Positions 18,361-25,166 of a stretch of 32,000 nucleotides of DNA are shown here, piece after piece. Origin of the DNA: Planctopirus limnophila DSM 3776. GTDB taxonomy: Bacteria; Planctomycetota; Planctomycetia; Planctomycetales; Planctomycetaceae. The translations under genes were made by a program, and so were the position numbers. Below the pieces are notes generated by a model, which was given only the letters and a program-made list of their open reading frames with translations, was not told where the DNA came from and did not search any database. The stretch is from NCBI RefSeq assembly GCF_000092105.1, contig NC_014148.1:1530001-1562000 (forward strand), in the 5' to 3' direction. Positions within the stretch are counted from its first letter, which is position 1. Every line of letters starts with the position of its first letter.

Positions 18361-20214
18361 ATGCCTAGAAGAGTGTGGGTTCTCGCTATGTCTGCAGCGG
18401 CTGCACTCGCTCCCAGCCTGTGCCCGGCTGCTGAAACTTCAACAACCAAGCCAGCCGGACGGATTGCTGCGACACCATCGGCCGATGTGCCGACGAAGTA
18501 CTCGCGAACTCAGCCTGCACAGGCCGGGGCTGGTACTAGCAGCACCAGTTCTAGCAAATATAGTGAGCTATTTGGTGAAGCTCCCAAGGCGACGCCTGTT
18601 AAAGATAGTAAAGTCACTGGAGCTTCAGCCAAATCCGCAGCACCTGATAAAACCGGTGCGATGCGTGCCGGTGGAGAGCGAACCGCTGCCTGGAGCAGTG
18701 AGACCGATAACGACGCTCCATTAGGTACAGCGGCCTTCAAGAAGGCCGAAGGGAATAACAGTTTTATTCAGCCTGTGCGTCATACAGAAGAACGAGCCGC
18801 GAGCAGCACTCCTAAAGCGAACAGCACCTCTCGCGTCGATCTTGCTCCACAGATTCCTTCACTGAATGTGGAGTGGGTCCGCAGATCCGATATCAACGTC
18901 GGTCAAGAATGCACGGTCGATCTGATTGTTCGCAACACGGGGACAACGACAGCGTCAAAAGTTTCGGTTGATGGCTTTTTCCCGACAACCGTTCGCTTGA
19001 CCAGTGCTGTGCCAAAACCAGCGACCATTACCGATCATCTCACTTGGAACATCGAAGCGATTCCTGCCGGTAGTGAGTACAAAGTTACCATCAAGATGAT
19101 TCCCAGCCGTCGTGGCGAGCTCGCAACGAACGCCACTGTCCGCCTGACAGGTTCGGCTTCCGCTGCCTTCCGCGTGGAAGAGCCTTTGCTCAAGGTCGCA
19201 CTCAAGGGGCCATCAGACATCATGGTCGGTGATCCTGCATCACAGACAGTGGTGATTTCTAACCCTGGCAGCGGTATTGCTCACGATGTCAAGCTCGACG
19301 TCACGTTGAGCGAAGGGCTCGAATGCAGCAAGGGTAGTCAGTTTGTCATGGATGTGGGTTCGATCAATGCGGGTGAATCTCAGACGATTCGACTCCCTGT
19401 GGCTGCTGTCAAAGGTGGCCGTCAAACTGTGACGGTCGTTGCCACCAGCACCTCGGATGCAGGTCATACCGCATCGTCTGTCATCAATGTTCTCGCACCT
19501 GCACTTCAGGTCGCCATCGAGGGGCCTGGCTTGCGATACAAAGGTCGTAATGCCAAGTATGTCGTGACAGTCAAGAACGACGGAAGTGTCCCGACCACCA
19601 ATGTACGTGTCACTCAGAATGTGGCTGAAGGCTTTGAATTTGTATCGGCAGATAAGGGTGGAAAGTTCGATTCCAGCCGCAATCAGGTTTCCTGGCTCGT
19701 GAGTCGGATTGAGCCGAATCAATCTGTCAATCTGATCTGCGAATTGACTGCCAATGCTCTGGGTTCGTTTGCCATTACCGCTCAGGCTGCCAACGACACC
19801 GCCTCCATGGTGGAAGCCTCAACAACAACGAACGTCGAAGGTTCTTCAGCACTCTCGATGAAGGTGATCGATCTGGATGATCCTGTCGAAGTGGGTGGCG
19901 AAACAGCCTACGAAATTCGAGTTTCCAACGAAGGGACCAAGGCCGCGACAGGTGTCACTGTCACTTGTGATCTGCCCGCCGGTCTGGAATTGATCAATGC
20001 CCGGGGTGCGACAGAAGGCATCAGCGATGGTCGCATCGTCGGCTTCAAACCACTGGCCAGTCTGGCTCCAGGAACCGAAGCGATCTTCCGAGTTCATGTT
20101 CGCAGCACACAGGAAGGGAATCTCCGCTTCCGGGCCCGCGTCACCAGCAACTCGATCGAAGAACCACTGCTGATCGAAGAACAAACCAAGTTCTACTCAG
20201 ACGTTCGTCGCTAA
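18361..20214 (+). CDS. DUF11 (conserved repeat domain) envelope protein with four tandem Ig-like repeats
   Basis: ggaaggag RBS before the ATG. Signal peptide MPRRVWVLAMSAAAALAPSLCPAA, then a low-complexity S/T/A/P linker. Four repeats of about 110 aa follow the pattern VG(x)xxxYxIxVxNxGxxxAxxVxV...P.G.., typical of DUF11/TIGR01451 repeats. Confidence 0.82.
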   Translation: MPRRVWVLAMSAAAALAPSLCPAAETSTTKPAGRIAATPSADVPTKYSRTQPAQAGAGTSSTSSSKYSELFGEAPKATPVKDSKVTGASAKSAAPDKTGAMRAGGERTAAWSSETDNDAPLGTAAFKKAEGNNSFIQPVRHTEERAASSTPKANSTSRVDLAPQIPSLNVEWVRRSDINVGQECTVDLIVRNTGTTTASKVSVDGFFPTTVRLTSAVPKPATITDHLTWNIEAIPAGSEYKVTIKMIPSRRGELATNATVRLTGSASAAFRVEEPLLKVALKGPSDIMVGDPASQTVVISNPGSGIAHDVKLDVTLSEGLECSKGSQFVMDVGSINAGESQTIRLPVAAVKGGRQTVTVVATSTSDAGHTASSVINVLAPALQVAIEGPGLRYKGRNAKYVVTVKNDGSVPTTNVRVTQNVAEGFEFVSADKGGKFDSSRNQVSWLVSRIEPNQSVNLICELTANALGSFAITAQAANDTASMVEASTTTNVEGSSALSMKVIDLDDPVEVGGETAYEIRVSNEGTKAATGVTVTCDLPAGLELINARGATEGISDGRIVGFKPLASLAPGTEAIFRVHVRSTQEGNLRFRARVTSNSIEEPLLIEEQTKFYSDVRR

Positions 20215-20281
20215 CAGGTGTTGGTTCATCGACGAGCCATGCGTGCCATCGATCGCACCATTTGAAGTTGCCTGAAGACTT

Positions 20282-20325
20282 AAAGCTGGCGGTTAGAGAA
20301 GATTCTCTAACCGCCAGCTTTTTTT
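20282..20325. terminator. strong hairpin terminator between convergent genes
   Basis: 18-bp perfect stem aaagctggcggttagaga / tctctaaccgccagcttt with a 4-nt loop. It is followed on the + strand by a T-run (the run of eight T at 20319-20326 includes the last three stem bases). It lies between the DUF11 gene (+) and HNH paralog 2 (-). Confidence 0.85.
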
Positions 20326-20381
20326 GATGCCTATGCAGCATCATTCGTTTCCGCGTTCGTCGGCTGGTTGGTTGCAATGAG

Positions 20382-20978
20382 TTACGAACCATCCAGTTCG
20401 ACTGTCCAGTAGGCTTCACTCAGGAACTTTCTCCAGCTTTGAATCTTCAGATTGTGCCGGGAGTAGAGTGGCTGCCATGTGGGGCGAATTGGCATTTTCC
20501 GCAGGGGCATATGGGCTTCCTGAGGCGTGCGGTTCGCTTTTTTGTTGTTACAGGCAATACACGCCAGTACACAATTCTCCCAGGTGCTGGTTCCTCCACG
20601 CGACCGCGGTTGAACATGGTCGATCGTCAGTTCTTCTGAACCAGGTTTTGCGTCACAATACTGACAGGTATACTGGTCCCGTTTGTAGAGATTCAGCCGA
20701 CTGAATGTCACCACTTGGCGGGGAACTCGATCATACCCGGTTAATGTGATCACCTCAGGGACGCGCAGGCGGAATGTGACCGATTGTACGAAGGGCTTAT
20801 CCTGCTGAGGGATGAGTCTCGACCAGTCTTGCCAGGTATAGAGTTGATAATCAGCAGGGTCAACAATGCGCGCTCTGCCACTGGCAACTAGAGATAATGA
20901 GCGTGCGACCGAAGCGACACCGACCGGCTGCCAGTTTCGATTGAGCACCAGAGTGGGTCTTGTCAACATGGCAACCAC
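20382..20978 (-). CDS. HNH endonuclease (about 200-aa McrA-like family), paralog 2
   Basis: CQYCDAK ... LTIDHVQPRSRGGTSTWENCVLACIACNNKKANRTP. Same architecture as 5304-5921, including the N-terminal LVLNRNWQPV domain. GTG start with aaggaaaggag upstream. Confidence 0.85.
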   Translation of the reverse strand: MVAMLTRPTLVLNRNWQPVGVASVARSLSLVASGRARIVDPADYQLYTWQDWSRLIPQQDKPFVQSVTFRLRVPEVITLTGYDRVPRQVVTFSRLNLYKRDQYTCQYCDAKPGSEELTIDHVQPRSRGGTSTWENCVLACIACNNKKANRTPQEAHMPLRKMPIRPTWQPLYSRHNLKIQSWRKFLSEAYWTVELDGS

Positions 20979-21011
20979 AATGTCTGCTCCTTTCCTTGAA
21001 GAAGTCGTCGA

Positions 21012-21037
21012 ATCGAAAGTTCTAAAATACTTTCGAT
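21012..21037 (-). promoter_or_regulatory. 9-bp inverted repeat between the tRNA array and HNH paralog 2
   Basis: atcgaaagt tctaaaat actttcgat has a perfect 9-bp stem and an 8-nt loop, with no T-run after it on the minus strand. It could be a processing or attenuation hairpin or an operator. Function is unknown. Confidence 0.3.
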
Positions 21038-21171
21038 AGTTATTAGTGCGAAATGCTGACTCTCCGGCCCTCGCCTGTGGTCGATCTCGTCATCATCGCC
21101 AATAGGTAGGTACCTTTTTCTTCAGCAGGTTGGGCTGGAGTCTTTCGAAGAGGCGAAGGGCGCAGCGCCAT

Positions 21172-21247
21172 TGATCAGAGTGGGAGTTGAACCCACAAAC
21201 TCACCACGTTCTCGACATGGCCGCTTTTCCAGTTTGCGTATCTGATC
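21172..21247 (-). tRNA. aberrant tRNA-Leu(GAG)-like gene lacking the long variable arm (possible pseudogene)
   Basis: Minus-strand fold: GATCAGA TA CGC AAACTGGAAAA GCG G CCATG TCGAGAA CGTGG TGAGTTT GTGGG TTCAACT CCCAC TCTGATC A. Acceptor is 7/7. The 3-bp D stem and 11-nt D loop match the neighbouring Leu(CAA). It has C33, C10 and only a 7-nt variable region. Confidence 0.4.
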
Positions 21248-21273
21248 GTCTCCGCGAATCGATTCTCGATAAT

Positions 21274-21358
21274 TGATCAAGGGGAGAGTCGAACTCCCAA
21301 GCCCGAATCGGGCACGACGTTTTGAGCGTCGCGTGTCTACCAGTTGCACCACTTGATC
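21274..21358 (-). tRNA. tRNA-Leu(CAA), class II
   Basis: GATCAAG TG GTG CAACTGGTAGA CAC G CGACG CTCAAAA CGTCG TGCCCGATTCGGGCTT GGGAG TTCGACT CTCCC CTTGATC A. All stems are perfect and the long variable arm is GCCCG/CGGGC. No CCA is encoded. Confidence 0.9.
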
Positions 21359-21473
21359 GTGTAATTCGGCTCATTGAAGGTTGGTCATCGAACTTCCTGT
21401 TCAACCCATTTCTGAAAATCGTCCGGAATGCGTGACGAGTGAGTTCTATTTCATATAGAGCCGCTTCTATGAT

Positions 21474-21555
21474 TGCGTCGGGACGGATTCGAACCATCAA
21501 TGCCCGCAGGCGGGTGCGTTACAGCCACTTGAGTACGCCCATACTCAGCCGACGC
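21474..21555 (-). tRNA. tRNA-Tyr(GTA)-like, class II, with weak anticodon stem
   Basis: GCGTCGG CT GAG TATGGGCGTA CTC A AGTGG CTGTAAC GCACC CGCCTGCGGGCATT GATGG TTCGAAT CCGTC CCGACGC A. Acceptor is 7/7 and the layout parallels bacterial tRNA-Tyr. It has C8 and only three Watson-Crick pairs in the anticodon stem (A.C and G.G at the ends). Confidence 0.6.
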
Positions 21556-21569
21556 TTGAAATCATGCAC

Positions 21570-21640
21570 TGCACTCAGCGGAATTTGAACCAGCTCTTCC
21601 GTCATGGCAAGACGGGTTATTGGTGCTACATCATGAGTGC
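21570..21640 (-). tRNA. tRNA-Gly(GCC)-like with degenerate D-arm
   Basis: GCACTCA TG ATGTAGCACCAATAAC CCGTC TTGCCAT GACGG AAGA GCTGG TTCAAAT TCCGC TGAGTGC A. The acceptor (7/7) and anticodon stem are perfect. The 16-nt D region has no pairable stem and no GG. The T stem has a C.U mismatch and G53.U61. Confidence 0.55.
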
Positions 21641-21718
21641 GTAGTTTGTGTGGATGAGGTCGATCTCTCGTAAATTCGAAGATATCTGTTCTCAGGATTC
21701 AGACCCTGAGATGCTGGA

Positions 21719-21790
21719 TGGGGTTGGAGGGATTCGAACCCCCACGGAACGAGTTAAAAGCTCGATGTGCTACCATTACACCACAACCCC
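21719..21790 (-). tRNA. tRNA-Lys(TTT)
   Basis: GGGGTTG TG GTGT AATGGTA GCAC A TCGAG CTTTTAA CTCGT TCCGT GGGGG TTCGAAT CCCTC CAACCCC A. Canonical invariants are present (U8, G10, G18G19, G53-C61, U33). The only mismatch is U.U at 27:43. Confidence 0.9.
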
Positions 21791-21894
21791 AATAGGGAGG
21801 GGCGGGGCGTTTATCGGGATTATCGATAGTCATCAGGGAGTCTTTACTATTGAATCAAGATGAATTGGTTGCGGAACAAATCTGAACGAAAGAG

Positions 21895-21966
21895 TCGGGA
21901 AGGTCAGAATCGAACTGACTTCGTCGTGTGCCCAAGACACGCGGGCGGCCGGTGCCCTTCATCCCG
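21895..21966 (-). tRNA. tRNA-Pro(TGG)-like
   Basis: CGGGATG AA GGGC ACCGGCC GCCC G CGTGT CTTGGGC ACACG ACGAA GTCAG TTCGATT CTGAC CTTCCCG A. C1-G72 is typical of bacterial tRNA-Pro, and the D, anticodon and T stems are perfect. It has A8 instead of U8 and a U.U mismatch at 6:67. Confidence 0.72.
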
Positions 21967-21976
21967 AATGATTCAT

Positions 21977-22049
21977 TAGCTCGTGTGGGATTCGAACCCA
22001 ACCTGCCCAGCGTGAAAGGCTGGTAACCTCACCAGAAGTCGAACGAGCC
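21977..22049 (-). tRNA. tRNA-Glu(TTC)
   Basis: GGCTCGT TC GACT TCTGGTGA GGTT A CCAGC CTTTCAC GCTGG GCAGG TTGGG TTCGAAT CCCAC ACGAGCT A. The anticodon loop CTTTCAC is identical to E. coli tRNA-Glu. It has G1.U72 and a 49:65 mismatch only. Confidence 0.85.
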
Positions 22050-22097
22050 AGATTGTCTTTTCGTGAATTGTGATTCAGTTCTGAACTGGAAATGAAT

Positions 22098-22169
22098 TGG
22101 GCTGGAAGGCGCTCGAATCCTTGTCTTCTGGTCTTCAGCCAGACGCTACACCATCTCAGCTACCAGCCC
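22098..22169 (-). tRNA. tRNA-Phe(GAA)-like
   Basis: GGGCTGG TA GCTG AGATGGTG TAGC G TCTGG CTGAAGA CCAGA AGAC AAGGA TTCGAGC GCCTT CCAGCCC A. Acceptor is 7/7 and the anticodon stem is perfect. The T stem closes with A53.G61 instead of the near-invariant G53-C61. Confidence 0.72.
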
Positions 22170-22203
22170 TTAATTCGTTGCATAGAGCTTCAATATCAAC
22201 AGC

Positions 22204-22247
22204 AAGCCCGGCATCACACTGGCTGTTCAGCAGGTGATGCCGGGCTT
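22204..22247 (-). terminator. long hairpin between the sulfatase gene and the tRNA array (possible terminator or processing site)
   Basis: 14-bp perfect stem aagcccggcatcac / gtgatgccgggctt with a 16-nt loop. Only a weak T-containing tail follows on the minus strand, so the terminator call is tentative. Confidence 0.35.
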
Positions 22248-22630
22248 GATCAGCCGGGCGAACATCCCGCAGTTGTCACCTGAGTCGATAGAGCTCACTG
22301 GATAACTCGGATTCTGCATTAGCCGGATACTTTTCACGGATCAAAACGATCAAGCCTGAAAAATGCGGTACTTGGCTGTCGACTTGATGAAAACATGCCA
22401 CGGGGCTGTGTTTCCTCTGGGCATCTACCAGTTGTATGGCTTGAGATCCGCTCTGTTGGGACATGATGAAACTCTGCTACTCTCGATGCTCAGTGAATCA
22501 ATTGGAGGAATCACGCGATGCCTACAATTGCCGCCAGGAATGACAGAGGTTCACACACAGAAGTTCGCCCAAAAATGTAAAAAAGTCGAGGATATAGTTC
22601 AGACGGGTTTCTCGAACAGATCGTGGTCGG

Positions 22631-24094
22631 TTATTGACTTTCGCCACTCGTCGACTGTTTGGCTCTTTTTTCTGACTTCTCAAATTTTTGAGACGCTTTT
22701 CCCGATTGGCCAGAGCGGGGCTCGCCATCGCTTGCGACCTTGTTGCCACCACCCCAAAGTGGGGGCATGTTCTGTTGATTCCAGCGATCCCATTGCGCTT
22801 GCAGTTCGGCGACTTTTTCGGGCATGGAAGCCGCAAGATCTCTGGTTTCTCCCAGATCTTCTTTGAGGTCATAGAGCCTGGCAGCGGTCACGGGCTGTTT
22901 CCCTTTGCCTGTCAGCGTGTCAGCATTGGAATCGTAACGGACAAGTTTGTAATCGCCGGCACGGACAGCCATCTGCTCCCCAAATCGCCAGAAGAGTGCG
23001 GCGTGTGGAACTTCGCTTTGCTTTCCTTGAAGATAAGGAAGCAGATTAACGCCATCCGATTTAACATCTTTTTCTACACCTGCCACTGCGAGCGCAGTCG
23101 CTGTGAGATCCAACTGAATAACCGGTGAATCGAAGACCGCCGGTGCAATCTTGCCGGGCCATGAGACGACGAATGGAACTCTGATCCCACCTTCCAGAGT
23201 AGTACGTTTGGAGCCCCTTAAAGGGGTGTTGATTGAGCCATTAATGGTGACGCCGGGCATTGTCGGGCCGCCGTTATCACTGATGAACATGACCAGCGTT
23301 TTTTGCTTCTGCCCGGTGGTTTCCAGTTGCGTGAGGACTTTGCCAATCGCTTCATCCATCGCCAGCATCATGGCCGCATAAGTGCGGCGTTCTTGATCAG
23401 AGATGCTGGCCAACTTCGCCATGCGATCCTCCGTGGCATGCATGGGAGTATGGACGGCATTAAACGAAAGGTACAAAAACCATGGTTTGTCCCGATGTTT
23501 TTCAATAAATGAAACGGCTTCTCGACCAAAGAGATCCGTGGTGTAATCGATGGTTTTGACGGGCTCGTGACCGCGCAAAATTCCCTGGGCGTCGAAGAAG
23601 CTGTGTGCCCCTCCCAGAAAGCCGATGAATTCTTCAAACCCACGTTCTTGTGGGTGCATAGCGGGTTGCGAACCCAGATGCCACTTCCCTACCAGGCCCG
23701 TTGTATAACCGACCTGTTTCAATCGGTCGGCAATCGTCACTTCAGTTAATGGAAGACCGGTATTGGCACCTGACGGGTTGAACTCGTGTCCGAATCGCTG
23801 CTGATAACGCCCCGTGAGTAAACCGGCCCGGGTGGGTGAGCAGTAAGGGCCAGTGACATATCCGCTGGTAAATTGAACTCCCGATTTTGCCAAGGCATCG
23901 AGGTTGGGAGTCGGGATGTCTTTGCAGCCATGGAAGCCTACGTCTGCATATCCCATATCATCCCCGACGATCAGTAGGATATTGGGGCGATCTGCTGCAA
24001 TCACTGGGGTGATCACCAGAGCCAGCATGCAGAAAGCGAATGCAGAGATCTGTGAACAGCCTGCTTCCAATTGCCCGTACAACCATTGTCTCAT
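22631..24094 (-). CDS. arylsulfatase-family (formylglycine-dependent) sulfatase, secreted
   Basis: Signal-like N-terminus ending VIAADRPN. Then LLIVGDDMGYADVG metal-binding motif and the CSPTRAGLLTGR formylglycine signature. 487 aa. Confidence 0.9.
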   Translation of the reverse strand: MRQWLYGQLEAGCSQISAFAFCMLALVITPVIAADRPNILLIVGDDMGYADVGFHGCKDIPTPNLDALAKSGVQFTSGYVTGPYCSPTRAGLLTGRYQQRFGHEFNPSGANTGLPLTEVTIADRLKQVGYTTGLVGKWHLGSQPAMHPQERGFEEFIGFLGGAHSFFDAQGILRGHEPVKTIDYTTDLFGREAVSFIEKHRDKPWFLYLSFNAVHTPMHATEDRMAKLASISDQERRTYAAMMLAMDEAIGKVLTQLETTGQKQKTLVMFISDNGGPTMPGVTINGSINTPLRGSKRTTLEGGIRVPFVVSWPGKIAPAVFDSPVIQLDLTATALAVAGVEKDVKSDGVNLLPYLQGKQSEVPHAALFWRFGEQMAVRAGDYKLVRYDSNADTLTGKGKQPVTAARLYDLKEDLGETRDLAASMPEKVAELQAQWDRWNQQNMPPLWGGGNKVASDGEPRSGQSGKASQKFEKSEKRAKQSTSGESQ

Positions 24095-24100
24095 GACTCA

Positions 24101-24334
24101 TCATCTCCGGTGCTCTGAGAAATTCGCTGCTCTGTATCGCATGCAAGTTAGCAAAGAGAGCCTATCAAATTTCGACTCATGGTTGGTCATCATTCTGGAG
24201 TCACTCTTAATCGATGATATTTGGGACTCGCGAAGATATTGCAACAGTTGAAAAGATGTCAGATCAGCGGGGGACATGTCCTGTGGCTCCGTGACTGAGT
24301 CGGTTGGCGGCTTCCCGCAGAACCTGTTCTTCAC
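24101..24334 (-). pseudogene. 5' stub of a nucleotidyltransferase gene (paralog of 29053-29640), truncated after about 32 codons
   Basis: The first 32 residues, MKNRFCGKPPTDSVTEPQDMSPADLTSFQLLQ, match MKNRFCGKLPTDSVTEPLNVSPADLTPFQLLQ of the intact gene. DNA homology stops at 24240. The rest of the 77-aa ORF is unrelated and runs up to the sulfatase start. Confidence 0.6.
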
Positions 24335-24497
24335 TCCAATCGGGATGTTGTTGGCGTATGGTGCCCCGAATCATCTCCCGGGCGGTTTCCCACATACGCA
24401 ATGCCTGAGCCAACCGTTCGGCAGAGGTCTTCTGACGAAGAATCTCCACCATTTCGGGTTCCAGAATTTCAATCACTGGTTGGCGAGGGGAAGCCAT
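24240..24497 (-). repeat. 258-bp direct repeat, copy A (partner 29603-29860)
   Basis: A hand alignment to 29603-29860 shows no indels and about 30 mismatches over 258 positions (about 88% identity). It covers the whole small gene plus the NTase 5' end. Confidence 0.85.
24264..24497 (-). CDS. 77-aa hypothetical protein, orphan paralog of the R-M-embedded small gene (putative antitoxin-like partner)
   Basis: MASPRQPVIEILEPEMVEILRQKTSAERLAQALRMWETAREMIRGTIRQQHPDWSEEQVLREAANRLSHGATGHVPR matches the 29627-29860 product at 69/77 residues. The reading frame is intact. Confidence 0.6.
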   Translation of the reverse strand: MASPRQPVIEILEPEMVEILRQKTSAERLAQALRMWETAREMIRGTIRQQHPDWSEEQVLREAANRLSHGATGHVPR

Positions 24498-24648
24498 GGT
24501 TTTGAATTCGACGTGCTGACAATTCCTGCATTGAGTTCAACACAGAACAAATTCAATCTCAAGCTCTGAAGCCTGTGACGCCAACCTGGAAGCTGAGAAC
24601 ATCCAGCCAGGAACGCCTTTATCCATCGAACGGCAACCTGCGGCAGAG

Positions 24649-25038
24649 GTGTTAACGGAAGGGAGCAAAACAGTGCGTCAGGTTGCGGCTGTGTGCCAGA
24701 AGGCTGGTCAGGCAGCACGTGGCGACAGTCCGCATAACTCATTGCCAGAGAACGAATTATGCGAACCAGTGCGAGCCGTTGCTGTGAGAAACGAAACTAC
24801 GCCCATGTGGATTGGAACCACAGACCGTCGGATTAGAAATCCGATGCTTTCTGCGGAAAACCAGTTAGAAAACGAAGGTTTTTCGGAAACTACAGCATGG
24901 TTGCCGATTAATCCACAATCACTGCCAATTGACGACGCTTCACTTCTATACATACTTTCTGAATGGCCGCACCTGCCTGAGTTTCTGCGGAAATCACTGG
25001 CGCTCACAGTAGCCAGTTTCCGCCAGAATTCACAGTAA
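24649..25038 (+). CDS. hypothetical protein (weak call)
   Basis: 129-aa ORF with a GTG start and no recognisable motif. It is co-directional with the GYF_2 gene downstream and may be non-coding. Confidence 0.3.
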   Translation: MLTEGSKTVRQVAAVCQKAGQAARGDSPHNSLPENELCEPVRAVAVRNETTPMWIGTTDRRIRNPMLSAENQLENEGFSETTAWLPINPQSLPIDDASLLYILSEWPHLPEFLRKSLALTVASFRQNSQ

Positions 25039-25166
25039 TAGGCTGCTCATCAATCGATCAGCTTCACTGATCTGGTAGCTCTTAAAAGTGGTCAGGTGTT
25101 TTGGCCAAAGCGCATTCATTCGTGGTAACGCGTTTGGCAATAGATGAGAGAATCAAAGGGGCCAAA

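Noticed and set aside
21691-21710. Hairpin ctcagg attcagac cctgag between tRNA-Lys and tRNA-Gly, considered as the T-arm of a ninth, decayed tRNA
   Set aside because: No matching acceptor strands or anticodon arm could be found around it. It may simply be a processing hairpin.
22363-22866. 167-aa + strand ORF, and the 62-aa minus ORF at 22276-22464
   Set aside because: The first overlaps the sulfatase 3' end on the opposite strand. The second has no motif, no clear RBS and a composition that does not look coding. Neither is reported as a gene.
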